A stretch of DNA of 64,000 nucleotides from Felis catus (lineage: Eukaryota). The notes under the pieces were generated by a model. It was given only the letters and a program-made list of their open reading frames with translations, was not told where the DNA came from and did not search any database. The DNA lies in contig NC_058373.1 in assembly GCF_018350175.1 (NCBI RefSeq), positions 105,340,001-105,404,000 on the forward strand, read 5' to 3'. The position numbers and the translations under genes are program-made. Below are positions 26,478 to 39,132 of the stretch, one piece after another; positions within the stretch are counted from its first letter, which is position 1; each line of letters starts with the position of its first letter.

Positions 26478-26718
26478 GCTAATGTAATATAGAAAACATT
26501 GGACTTGCCTACTTTTGAAATTTATAAAATTGGGTTGAATGTCCTAATAGTCCGTGGAAATCCAATGCTGTTACCAAGATTGGGATAGATTCTTGTGGTC
26601 ATTGTTAGCTCTGATTTAGCGTGCCTACTCAATTCTCATTCTGGCCTTTTGTAGCTCTTCCTTTATCTACCCCACAGACCCATAGACCCCAACAAAGACA
26701 TAGATCCTCTTTCTGGAA

Positions 26719-26872
26719 CAGAACAGGCTACCTACATAATTTGGAGCCCCTTGGCCAAAAATAGTTTAAATTTCAAGATGGCAACAAGAGAGCATTAAAA
26801 CAAGCCTAGGGCCCTTCTAAGCTTGGAGTGCGATGCAACTGTACAGGTCACATACCCACAAAGGTGGTCCTG
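26719..26872 (-). mobile_element. MER45A-like hAT (Tip100 group) MITE
   Basis: Reverse strand matches the recalled MER45A (TGACCTGTACAG...CTTAGAAGGGCCC...TTTAATGCTCT...CTTGAAATT). 8-bp TSD TTCTGGAA / TTCTAGAA. Confidence 0.75.
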
Positions 26873-28551
26873 TTCTAGAATTTCCCAAAACACAACTCCT
26901 ACAAGGCAGTCACATGGACCACACATTTGCTAAAGTGCCTAGAGTAATAGCAGGAGAGGGGTGGGGCTGGGGACCACGGCAGCTCATAGAAGAGAAATTA
27001 AGATTAAATAGTTCCCATAAATTGCTGTTTGTATCTGAAATTTAGCCTCTCTATAATTCCCCCTTTTTTCTCTGATATCTTTCCAAACCATGGCCCATGC
27101 TCAGGGACAGAGTTTGAGGCTCCCATCAAAATATTTTGCTGGGCAAAAACTTGAACTACTCCTAAGAGAAAATTGTTTCCTTCCCTGGGATGGAAGTAGG
27201 AATAGTTGTGTTTTAAATAGCAAATCCTCCTCTCTGCTGCAAATTATTCTCTTACATATAAGGTATTATTATTATCATTCTCATTGTACAGATAAGGACT
27301 TCCGATGCTCAAGACAACACAGCTGGTGAAATGGTATCTAACTTCAACATTTATATTCTTTCTACTATGCTTGCTGCTCTTTAAACCTGGAAAGTTTGTG
27401 TGAAATTACGAATTAGCCCCACAATGTGCCAAGACTATCTCAGTGGGGTGCAGTCTGGTATAAATCATTCAGTGGCTCGACTAGAACGCAACAGTTTGGA
27501 CTATTGAAGTGAGATTATCATATAAAGCATGAGGGGTATCATGGAAGAAGTTTCTGCTGTGCCTCTCCTTCCCTCCTGGGCTTCATGGGTTTAAGGACTA
27601 TTTGAGATCCCTTTCTTCAACTCTTCATAGAACTGAAGATGATCTCTGATCCCCTTCTGCTCTGTGTACGGTGAGAAATACAGCATTCTCTGGGGGCTGC
27701 CAGAGCCACTTTTTAAACTGAGTTTCATTCTTTCTCCACAAGGCCGGAGGAACCCTTGAACACTTGGTGGACATCGTTGGAGGCATTTTGCCCATTGTTG
27801 GGGTAGTCAGTGTTTTGTAGTCCGTCCATTACCTCATCTTAGGATCACCTAACTCTGATCTAACTGAGCCACCAAACGATCTGTAGTCCACTTTTTGCCA
27901 TAACTATCAGTCTGAAAATGCCTCTTTATGGAAAGAGTGATCACATAATTCATCATTTAAATCTTGACACTTTTGTCTTGTTTTTTCAAATCTAGACACT
28001 TAAGAATGACAGGGGTACTAAAAATAATTACGTATTTTTAAAAGTGTGTATGTATTGACCTACATGTTAATTTTATTAGAATGGCAGATCTATAAAGTCT
28101 GTTCACAAACGATTTTTAAAAATGAAATTATTTCTACAGAATGAAAGAAGAAAGGTATCATCATACATAAAAAATTTAATTATTTATATTTATTATCTGA
28201 ACTCTAAAAATGACATATTCTTGGTATATGTTAATGTGCTTTAATCAGTTTCATAATATTCTAATATTCTGCCATTGGTATTTTTCTGATGAATATATTT
28301 TGTTCAACATGGTCTTAAGTTAAAGTTTTACATATAATTACAATCATCTTAAAGATTGCATCTTAAAATTAATAAACTTTAAAACTGTTAACACCTTGAA
28401 TTGACTTTTGTCTGAGAAAATACTCACTGTACCAATGCCGAGGCACTTGTTAAGCTCAGAGTAAATTTTGCTAAATGAAATATTTTTCAAATTAATTTTT
28501 TATTTGTTCTCAACTGAAATATCCAGTTGAATATTTCAACTCAAATATTTT

Positions 28552-29966
28552 TTTTTATTTTATTTTTTATTTTATTTATTTTTATATATATGAAATTTAT
28601 TGACAAATTGGTTTCCATACAACACCCAGTGCTCATCCCAAAAGGTGCCCTCCTCAACACCCATCACCCACCCTCCCCTCCCTCCCGCCCCCCATCAACC
28701 CTCAGTTTGTTCTCAGTTTTTAACAGTCTCTTATGCTTTGGCTCTCTCCCACTCTAACCTGTTTTTTTTTTCCTTCCCCTCCCCCATGGGTTCCTGTTAA
28801 GTTTCTCAGGATCCACATAAGAGTGAAACCATATGGTATCTGTCTTTCTCTGTATGGCTTATTTCACTTAGCATCACACTCTCCAGTTCCATCCACGTTG
28901 CTACAAAAGGCCATATATCATTTTTTCTCATCGCCACGTAGTACTCCATTGTGTATATAAACCACAATTTCTTTATCCATTCATCAGTTGATGGACATTT
29001 AGGCTCTTTCCATAATTTGGCTATTGTTGAGAGTGCTGCTATGAACATTGGGGTACAAGTGGCCCTATGCATCAGTACTCCTGTATCCCTTGGATAAATT
29101 CCTAGCAGTGCTATTGCTGGGTCATAGGGTAGGTCTATTTTTAATTTTCTGAGGAACCTCCACACTGCTTTCCAGAGCGGCTGCACCAATTTGCATTCCC
29201 ACCAACAGTGCAAGAGGGTTCCCGTTTCTCCACATCCTCGCCAGCATCTATAGTCTCCTGATTTGTTCATTTTGGCCACTCTGACTGGCGTGAGGTGATA
29301 CCTGAGTGTGGTTTTGATTTGTATTTCCCTGATAAGGAGCGACGCTGAACATCTTTTCATGTGCCTGTTGGCCATCCGGATGTCTTCTTTAGAGAAGTGT
29401 CTATTCATGTTTTCTGCCCATTTCTTCACTGGGTTATTTGTTTTTCGGGTGTGGAGTTTGGTGAGCTCTTTATAGATTTTGGAGACTAGCCCTTTGTCCG
29501 ATATGTCATTTGCGAATATCTTTTCCCATTCCGTTGGTTGCCTTTTAGTTTTGTTGGTTGTTTCCTTTGCTGTGCAGAAGCTTTTTATCTTCATAAGGTC
29601 CCAGTAATTCACTTTTGCTTTTAATTCCCTTGCCTTTGGGGATGTGTCTAGTAAGAGATTGCTACGGCTGAGGTCAGAGAGGTCTTTTCCTGCTTTCTCC
29701 TCTAAGGTTTTGATGGTTTCCTGTCTCACATTCAGGTCCTTTATCCATTTTGAGTTTATTTTTGTGAATGGTGTGAGAAAGTGGTCTAGTTTCAACCTTC
29801 TGCATGTTGCTGTCCAGTTCTCCCAGCACCATTTGTTAAAGAGGCTGTCTTTTTTCCATTGGATGTTCTTTCCCGCTTTGTCAAAGATGAGTTGGCCATA
29901 CGTTTGTGGGTATAGTTCTGGGGTTTCTATTCTATTCCATTGGTCTATGTGTCTGTTTTTGTGCCA
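28552..29966 (-). mobile_element. Young 5'-truncated felid L1 with open ORF2 C-terminal fragment
   Basis: ORF 28806-29969 is uninterrupted L1 ORF2 ([14 protein letters not shown]...[18 protein letters not shown]...[13 protein letters not shown]). Short G-rich 3' UTR and A-rich tail. TSD CAAATATTTT at 28542 and 29967. Confidence 0.95.
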
Positions 29967-30846
29967 CAAATATTTTCATATGGACCATCTTTTTGTCTCT
30001 AAAGTAACTATTTCAACAAATAATTTTACAAACCAAAGCCCACTGAATAAAGTTTTCTCTATTTATTAATCTTTTGAATGTTTTGCCAAGTTTAGGTGTT
30101 CCAAAACTATAGATGTTCTCAAATTTCTTTCCATCCTGGTACAGTATATAAATTTATCCTGATAAAAACAGGAATTTTATGAAAAGATGCTTCGTACAAA
30201 ATGAAATATTCCCAACCACAATGATAGAATTTGAAATCATATCAGAGAATCATTTAAACTCTCCTAAATTGTTCATTTTCTCTCTTGCTTATATAACAAT
30301 ACATTTCAAAATCTTTGCATTGATAAGCTTTGGTTTTCAATAAATATGATTTCTTTACACTTCAGAAGCTGAAATATTTGGCATTCCATTCAATAAATAG
30401 TCTGATTAAATAATTCCAACTAATTTTTAATAAAATGGAACCCAAATTTAGAAAATTGCTTATAAAAATGTTCAATGTCATTGACAGGCATATAGGTTGA
30501 TACAGAAAACATTTCTTCAGAGGCTTCAGCATTTCTGAAATCTTGTAAATATCAGACAGAAAAGAAAGAATGCATGTAGTACCATGCTGACATAATTTAG
30601 AGTGTTCAACATCAGCTTTTTGTGGTAGTTCAGCAAAGTTATGTATATGTAATCATATTTGTCCATTTTGTTAATTGTAGCTTCTTTTTCAATTGGTAGA
30701 ATCTAATTTGTTAGAATTGATAGAATCAGTTTGTTTCAATATGGCTATAAGATATATAAACACTATCATAATTCATAGTACATTTCTGCTCGATTACTGG
30801 AGAACACTGTTTTTTACCATGATGTTCTGCCCCACCAAAACTTGTA

Positions 30847-31385
30847 TAGTTGACCCTTGGAGAACATTGGCTTGAACTGTGAAGGTCCATTTATACACAA
30901 TTTTTTTTTTTATAGTACAGTACTATGAATGTATTTTCCCTTCCTTATGATATTTTTTTTTTAATTTTTTTTTCAACGTTTATTTATTTTTGGGACAGAG
31001 AGAGACAGAGCATGAACAGGGGAGGGGCAGAGAGAGAGGGAGACACAGAATCGGAAACAGGCTCCAGGCTCTGAGCCATCAGCCCAGAGCCCGACGCGGG
31101 GCTCGAACTCACGGACCGCGAGATGGTGACCTGGCTGAAGTCAGACGCTTAACCAACTGCGCCACCCAGGCGCCCCTTCCTTATGATATTTTTAATAACA
31201 CTTTCTTTTCTCTAGCTTACTTTATTGAAAGAACACAGTATATAATACATATAACATACACAATATATGTTAATTGAATTTATGTTATCAATAAAGCTTC
31301 TGTTCAACAGTAGGCCGTTAGTAGTTAAGTAACACTCTGTGGAGAGTGTCAGTGCCCCATACCTGTGTTGTTCAAGTGTCCATTG
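30847..31385 (+). mobile_element. Tigger2a/MER28-like Tc1-mariner MITE
   Basis: Ends TAGTTGACCCTTGGAGAACA and GTTGTTCAAGTGTCCATTG resemble the CAGTTGACCCTTGAACAAC TIR. Preceded by TA. Confidence 0.75.
30958..31176 (-). mobile_element. Young felid CanSINE inside the Tigger element
   Basis: 17-bp TSD TTCCTTATGATATTTTT at 30941 and 31177. Confidence 0.92.
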
Positions 31386-31432
31386 TGTTATTACCATCAT
31401 AAAAATAATTTTAGTTTTAGTTTCAAACTTTT

Positions 31433-31840
31433 TTTTTAAATATATGAAATTTTTTTAAATATATAAAATTTTTTTTAAATATATGAAATTTGGGGCGCCT
31501 GGGTGGCACAGTCGGTTAAGCGTCCGACTTCAGCCAGGTCACCATCTCGCGGTCCGTGAGTTCGAGCCCCACATCAGGCTCTGGGCTGATGGCTCAGAGC
31601 CTGGAGCCTGTTTCCGATTCTGTGTCTCCCTCTCTCTCTGCCCCTCCCCCATTCATGCTCTGTCTCTCTCTGTCCCAAAAGTAAATAAATGTTGAAAAAA
31701 AATTTTTTAATATATGAAATTTATTGTCAAATTGGTTTCCATGCAACACCCAGTGCTCATCCCAAAAGATGCCCTCTTCAATGTCCATCACCTACCCTCC
31801 CCTCCCTCCCACCCCCCATCAACCCTCAGTTTGTTCTCAG
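31433..31840 (-). mobile_element. Very short L1 3' end carrying a + strand CanSINE (31492-31708)
   Basis: Same 3' UTR as the 28.6 kb L1. L1 TSD TTAGTTTCAAACTTTT at 31417 and 31841. SINE TSD AATATATGAAATTT at 31478 and 31709. Confidence 0.9.
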
Positions 31841-31982
31841 TTAGTTTCAAACTTTTAAATGGAATTTTCAATAGCATTTGCAGTAATATCAGGTGTGGAA
31901 GAATTAAAATCTAAAAGCTTTACTCTGATTCCATGAATTGGATGAAAAATATTGAACCAATATTACAATTAAAAGATTTCTT

Positions 31983-32200
31983 GGGGCGCCTGGGTAGCTC
32001 AGTGGGTTAAGTATCCGACTCTTGATTTTGGCTCAGGTCATGATCTCACGGTTCGGGGTATAAAGCCTTGTGTTGGGCTCTGTGCTGACAGCACTGAGCC
32101 TGCTTGGAATTCTTTCTCTTCTCTCTCTCTGCCCCTTCCCCTGCTTGTGTGCTCTCTCTCTCACTCTCTCTCAAAATAATTAAATTAAACGTTAAAAAAA
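31983..32200 (+). mobile_element. CanSINE
   Basis: Typical body. TSD AAAAGAT(T/G)TCTT. Confidence 0.88.
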
Positions 32201-32474
32201 AAGATGTCTTATTTGATGTAAGTGTGGACACTAATATAAAACTGGTGGCATTTAACTATGATTCTGTTCATGGGGACAACACATAACATCTCTTGTTTTA
32301 CTTTATGTACGTAAGAAGACTTGGAATACAAAATATATAGAAACACGTTTAGAAGAACAGTCATTTGATTTAAACAAAAAGTCATGCTTCACAGAGTGAT
32401 GTGTAAAAGCATCTCCTGAAGCTTTAGTAGTAAACTTTTCTTCCAGCACATTCTTCTTAAAACAACGATTAACC

Positions 32475-32672
32475 AGGGTGCCTGGGTGGCTCAGTTGGTT
32501 AAGAGTCTGACTCTTGGTTTTGGCTCAGGTCATGATCTCGCGGTTTGTGCGTTCAAGCCTGACACGCTGATGGTGCAGAGTCTGCTTGAGATTGTCTCTC
32601 TCTTCCTCTCTCTCTGCCCCTCCCCTGCTCACACTTTCTCTCTCTCTCTCTCAAAATAAATAAACTTAAAAA
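32475..32672 (+). mobile_element. CanSINE
   Basis: Typical head, (CT)n and A tail. Confidence 0.85.
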
Positions 32673-33869
32673 ATATAACAATTAAGCATTGGTACTGTTT
32701 CCTTAGCAGATTTAGTGTTTTGGCTGGCATCTCATCAGCGATATCACTATGATCTCCCTGAAGAATGATAAATGTCAGCAAACGTTTTGTCTGAAAAACA
32801 TGTTCATGAACAACTTTCTCAGACTTTTAGTACTTATTTTTTTTTTATTAAATTTACTCCTATTGAGTTCATTGCTGCCAAAAGGATTTATTGCAGTATA
32901 AATACATGTTATCAAAATAAATAGTTGCAGATTTACAATAAATGACAAAACCACCATGTTAAAACTTTAATTTCTAGACTCTCTCACACACAGTTACAGT
33001 CGTGTGTCCCTGTGTTTCATGTTACTCATTGTTGATCCCACCATCTCTCTGGCTCTGACACTGGCCGTAGCACCACTGGCAAGTGGCAAGCAGGGCAACG
33101 ACTTCAAAAAACTTCTCCTGCCATCCCTAGGATCTGAAAGAGTTAGAAGTCCTTGGTTACTTTTGTCTCAGTTCCCTTTGTTATATCAATCAGTGCCCTG
33201 TGTACATCCTTCAAGGGAGATGTTAGTTACGTTTCACATGGAAAAGATCAGGAGAAGAGAGACAGAGTGTCACTAGTGGTCTTTGAGATATAACCAGGGG
33301 TTTCAGTGAGAACTCTGTTCACTGAACACGCATCTCACATACTGTGAGATATGGCCTGACAGAAGCTGGAAATACGAAGTGTGGGGGCCTCTTGGATCTA
33401 CCCCAGCTTATTTGAATGCAGCTAATTATATCTCTTTAAGGAATGAAAAATCTAGGGAAAAAAGCTAAACCACATGATATATTGCACAATGAGCATAAAT
33501 CAGGACTGCCGTAAGCAAAATGAGACATAGGGATATCCTACTGATGAAGAACCCAATCCTGCTCCCTGATATTCTAGTATTCACCCATAAACCCTGGACA
33601 CTTGTCAAAATATCTTCAATTAATGTTTTTACAATGTGACACATGAGTGAATTAATTGCCAACGCCAGACTGAGCTCTTGTATTATTTTGTTTCAAGTAA
33701 GAAAAGCTAAGGAAATATTTAATGATATAGAATCTGATATAAACATTACTAGATAAAACTTTGCATATTCGAAGTGAAGATTATTAGTCTTTTTTAAAAA
33801 AAAAAGGAGTAAGAAAGTTAAATTTCACTGTGTTCATCTCCAAGCTTTCTGAGATACTATTGCTATTAG

Positions 33870-34640
33870 AAATGCCTTTGCTTGGATGAGCTAAAATAAA
33901 AATAGTGCCAATACCAAATGCTGGTGAGGATGTGGAGAAACTGGATTTCTAATACAGCCATTCTGGAAAATAGTTTGGCAATTTCTTATCAAACTAGAAA
34001 TGCATTTATTGTACAAACTAGCAATTGCTCTCAGGCATTTATTCCAGAGGAATAAAAACTTATGACCAAACAAAAACATGTCTACAAATGTTCATAGAAG
34101 CTTTATTTGTAATAGCTTAAATCAGAAACAACCCCACTGTCCTTAAATTGTTAAACAAACTGTGGTATATCCATAACATAGACTACTACTCAACAATGGA
34201 AAGGGATGAACTATTGATACATGCAACAAATAGGAAGGCTCTCAAGGGCATTACGCCAAGTTTAAAAAGCCAGTCTCAATAGGTCATATACTGCATGATT
34301 CCATTTCTGTAATAGTCTCAAAAGGGCAAAATTATGGCTATGTAGAAAATATTCATGGTAGCCAGGGATTAGAGACAAGGGTGATGCAACTGTAAAGCAG
34401 CATGAGGTGGTTCCCTGATGGTTATATGAATCTGCATGTGATAAAACTGCATAGAACTACACACACGCACATGCACACACACACGCACACACACGCACAT
34501 GCACAAATGAGTGCAATTTCCTGGTATTGACAGCACACCAGAGTTACGTAAGATGCTGATAGGAGGAAATTGTGTGAAAGGTAAATTTCTGCAACTTTCT
34601 GTGAGTTTATAATTATTTTCAAATACAAAGTTAAATACAC
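33870..34640 (+). mobile_element. Old L1 (L1M) 3' region
   Basis: ACCAAATGCTGGTGAGGATGTGGAGAAACTGGA...AAACAAACTGTGGTATATCCAT...ATACTGCATGATTCCATTT. Confidence 0.8.
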
Positions 34641-35174
34641 AAAAGTGTATTGGCCCTTTTATATTGTATGTGGTCTTATGATACCTGTTTATCTGGAGAG
34701 AACAAGTCATGATCAAATGATTTCGAACACCAATTGTCTTTATTTTTTCTTCCCATCTGTATTTCCTATTTTGCAGTGAGAATGTATTATTAACATAATA
34801 AAAATACTAAAGGAGGTAAAGGTTGAACTGCTAACTGTCAAGTTTGAGGTGAGGGAAGAAACAGCAGCAGAAGTCGTGGCCACCAGAAATTTTTCCGTGC
34901 CATGCAGAATGCATGACCCCTAGCAGGTGCTCAGTGATTGTTTACTGAATGAAAGAATGAATGTTCAAGAGGGTCTAGACAGAATGCAGAGCAGATGGAA
35001 AGACATTCAGAGAGAGGCTAGAGAGCCAACAGCTAGCAATAAGATGGCTTCCTCTCAAACCCGGGCACATAACCGGAATCTGTCAAGAAAGGACGGATAA
35101 TCTCCAAATGTGGATGAAACCTAGGTCAGAACTGTTTACAGGCTTAAATGCCCAATAAAATCTCATTCAGTTCA

Positions 35175-35372
35175 GGGGTGCCTGGGTGGCTCAGTCAGTT
35201 GCACACCTGACTTCGGTTTAGGTCATGAGCTTGCAGTTCGTGGGTTCGAGCCCAACGGGCTCTATGCTGACAGCTCAGGGCCTGGAGCCTGCTTCAGATT
35301 TTGTGTCTCCCTCTCTGCCCCTCCCATTTGTACTCTGTCTCTCTCTCAAAAATAAATAAAAATTTAAAAAAA
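35175..35372 (+). mobile_element. CanSINE
   Basis: Typical body, flanked by AAAATCTCA. Confidence 0.85.
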
Positions 35373-38300
35373 TCTCACTATGTTCAGAGAATAAACCTTG
35401 GGCTGCTAATACACCTACTTCCATGTTGGTAAGCCAAGATTATGTCAGGTAAGAAGGTAGCTTTGTATTATTAAAAGCTAACTAATCTGAAGCCTCATTA
35501 GACATAGGTGCCGTAACTTAGAGGAAAGACCAAGATCCCAGTCTAAAGAAGGAAAATTCCAAGTCCCTCAGAACAGAGCTGTGAACGTTTCAGAGTTTCT
35601 TGGAGCAAATCATTACCTTAATCCTACAGGTCACGTTGAGTTTATGACGAGGGAAGAACGGAGATTGGATTCTTTGCTGGGCTTAACTAACATGAGATTG
35701 TCCCACAAAGAGTTCCATTAGCCCTGTGTTCACTAGTGCTTGCCCTACCACCAGTAATAATTTGTGCCTTACCTTGGTGTCCTCAAGGATGCCCAGATAA
35801 AAAGCTCATCTTGTGCACCATATGTGGTGTGGGCTTCTCTATTACTCATGCATCAACTGTACAGGCACCTGAAGAATGCCTGCCTTCCCCTCTTACGGTA
35901 ATTGATATGTAAACAACCTAATCTGAGTGCTGATACATGGAATTTCAACTGAACTGACAGTAATGAATCTCGAATGTGCTGTTCCACCAAATTGCCTCTT
36001 TCCTAGGTGTGGGGCAGCAATGATGAACATCCCATTCTATGATCACATGGCATGTGTGGGTTTTCAAAGTTTTCAAAGGGGCAGGGAGTACTTTTTTGAA
36101 GGAGCACATGCATTCAGGTCAGTACCTCTTTTCTTCATGAGTGTTGAGTGAAAATTATAATAAAACATCTAATTGGTGGTAATGGAGAAGCAGGATACTG
36201 TAATTCAAGAGCAGAATTACAGACGTTTAGAATTATTTTTTTGGTGGCTCTTAGGGACATTATTCTGGGTGAACAATTATTTCCTGGGAGCATGACTTTG
36301 TAAGCCAACCTAGTTTTACCAAATAAGCTACCAAGCTTCACATCTAGCGTGTGGTCAGGTAGCTTTAACAGTTAGTGCCCTGGCTAACTCATATGCTTGG
36401 ATTTTTGAGTTCCAACCCTTGCATTTGAGAGTTCAGAGAAACTGAGGCCATAGATATAGTCGGGGCAGAGCTAGTCCCAGAATTTGTCTCTTCCTTCTCA
36501 CTATAGTGCCATTTCTCCTAAGCCATGCTGTTTATTGAGGCCCCACCTTTATAGGCTGCAGGACACTGGAGGACCAGAACCTGACTATTAGGAGTGAGGT
36601 GAGTAATACAGTTGGAAGTGATATTATTTGGTGGCCTCCAGACCTGTGAGGAATGATGGCAGCAAAATGTATTCATTCAGTTCATTCAACAATGATTTAT
36701 CGAGTACTTTCTATCTGCCAGGACTGTTTTAGGTGCTTGGGATACAGAAACGAACAATACAGCAAAATCCTTGCCCTCCTGGAGGCCACATTCTAGTGAC
36801 AGTAAAAGGAAATACAAGCACTTACTATGCCCCAGTGCTGTTCTCCATGCTTTACATGTGGTGCCTACCGCCAGACTTCTCTGGCTTCTCAGTCCCCACC
36901 CCATTATACCCTGCACCCTGCTCAAAGGCTTTACAAAAACCCAGAGAAGAAGTTTGGAAAACTAGAGAACAAACCTGTGTAGGTCAGTCCTAGGAACTTA
37001 AAGGTGTTGTAGTATTAATTTTAGCAGAATAACCCAGGACTTTGTGTCTACACCCCGAGAGCGTGTGTTTGGGGGCACTCTCTTACCCTTTGAGAATAAC
37101 TGATGCTGTGGTGGTCTTCTGTGACTGATGGGAGAGAGTCTTATGGGGGAAAGAGGGAGAGGTTGAACGCATATTAAAAACATGGGGATGCTTTCTCCCC
37201 CCACTCTCACAATTCCTTCCCACCTCACCAGTCTCTGGCACTGCACTCTAAAGCCACAGACAATGCCAGAAAGAGGCCTCACAGCGCTCAGGCTGATGGT
37301 GTATATATCTATCTGAACATCCATTGAGGTCAAGGTCTCATGGACTTCCAAAGGCTACTATGGCAGTAGTAGGTGCCATCATCTCATCATTGTCTTCTAA
37401 AAATGTAGAATAAATCCTACCTCTCTTCCCAAGAAAGCCTGCCCAACATTGCCAGATTCAAAGAGCAGGCCTCCGGGGCAGTGTGGGTGGTGTTTTGTTC
37501 TGGAAGGTCCTGGAGTGAACAGTTGATGTCGTCATCTCACTGGACCTTCCTCCCCTGTTCCCAGCCCTCAGTCTTCAGCTGGAAGTTTGGAGATGTCTTG
37601 CCTGGGGGCAGCTGTTCCTCTTTGAGTTGTTCATTTCTTCCCTGAAGGCACATCCTAACTTTGTCAGCAGGTCTGACACTGTCTGGCTGCTTGCTTGAAG
37701 AGAGCAACTAGCACCAGTTAGGTGACAGCAGTGTTGTGGGCATGGGAGACACAGACCGGGAAAGAATCCTTGTGCTAAACTCGAGTTGCCCACAGTCTAG
37801 TGGGGAAATGGCCAGGCGAATACGTAAATATACCATGGTGTGATATACTGTATTTGTCAAAGGAAAGGTGGAGAAGGAGAGGAGCTGGAGGAGGTCTAAT
37901 CTTCTTGGGAGAAGGAGGGAAGGCTTTCTGGGGTGGAGGTGGGGGGCAACCGAGAGCTGAAACTTGGAAGAAAAGAAGAAGCTTCCAGGGGTGTATGGAT
38001 CATGTCGGAAGAAAACCATTACCAAAGGCTGTGTGGCATTACGCTATATTAAAGGCACTGGGCTGTGCTACGGAAAGAGAGGCCGTGATTTCCTATTCCT
38101 GCCTGTCTACAACAGGGGCAATCAGAAGTCTTTAGTTTAGAATTTGATCGTTGCTTCGAATTCTCACCCAAACCTCCTTGAGAACAGATGCTTTCTAAAA
38201 TGTCACTTTTCCCCCTTGCCTATCCCACCTCACCCGAGGGATAAATACAGTGCCTTTACCAATTAGCACTAAATAATGGGAGTTGAATAATGAAACTGAA

Positions 38301-38628
38301 TAATGAATTGATAATGAAAGACTAAAATGGGAAATAAAAGTTGGAAAGTGGCTGGGTCAGACTGTAGAGAGCCTTCAATAGCAGGCTGTGGAAACTGGGC
38401 TTAGTTGGTTGGCAGAGTTCAAGTCTGCTGCGGACTAGGATTTAGGAGACAGGTCAGAGCTAGTGATAAGGTAGAAGCATCATCAACATGGTGCTGGGCC
38501 ATGAGTTGAAAACAGTGAAATGGAGACCTTCTCAGGGAAGAGAGAACCGGAAAAACAGTGAGGGCTACAGCTAGAATCTCGAGGGCACCACAGTTAGAGA
38601 ACAGACCGACCCAGAAAAATTTATCTTT

Positions 38629-38818
38629 TTTTTTTTTAATGTTTATTTATTTTTGAGAGAGGCAGGGAGAGGGACATTGAGAGAGGAAGACACAGAATCC
38701 AAAGCAGGCTCCAGGCGGTCAGCACAGAGCCTGATACGGGGCTCGAACTCACAAACTGTGAGATCATGAACTGAGCCGAAGTCAGATGCTTAACCGATTG
38801 AGCCACCCAGATGCCCCC
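38629..38818 (-). mobile_element. CanSINE
   Basis: TSD AGAAAAATTT(A/G)TCTTT. Confidence 0.88.
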
Positions 38819-38895
38819 AGAAAAATTTGTCTTTAACAAAACCTGCCTGAAGCTTCCGCTTCCGCGTCCGTATGTGGATATTAAAAGCACTACCT

Positions 38896-39132
38896 GGGGG
38901 CGCCTGGGTGGCGCAGTCGGTTAAGCGTCCGACTTCAGCCAGGTCGCGATCTCGCGGTCCGTGAGTTCGAGCCCCGCGTCGGGCTCGGGGCTGATGGCTC
39001 GGAGCCTGGAGCCTGTTTCCGATTCTGTGTCTTCCTCTCTCTCTGCCCCTCCCCCGTTCATGCTCTGTCTCTCTCTGTCCCAAAAATAAATAAACGTTGA
39101 AAAAAAAAATTAAAAAAAAATAAAAATAAAAA
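38896..39132 (+). mobile_element. Young felid CanSINE
   Basis: Near-consensus body. TSD TAAAAGCACTACCTGG. Confidence 0.92.

Larger units (their letters stand above)
27933..33000 (-). mobile_element. Fossil autonomous hAT DNA transposon (BLACKJACK-like) with decayed transposase, interrupted by younger insertions
   Basis: The end at 27933 resembles the MER81/BLACKJACK terminus. Minus-strand translations give ordered transposase remnants: AFTHHSVKHDFLFKSNDCSSK (~32350-32410), HPIHGIRVKLLDF (~31906-31944), QHGTTCILSFL (~30557-30589) and LSLTSASALVQ*VFSQ (~28412-28460). Confidence 0.75.

Noticed and set aside
28806..29969. 387-aa ORF as a possible host gene
   Set aside because: It is the L1 ORF2 C-terminus, truncated at the insertion junction, with no promoter or true start.
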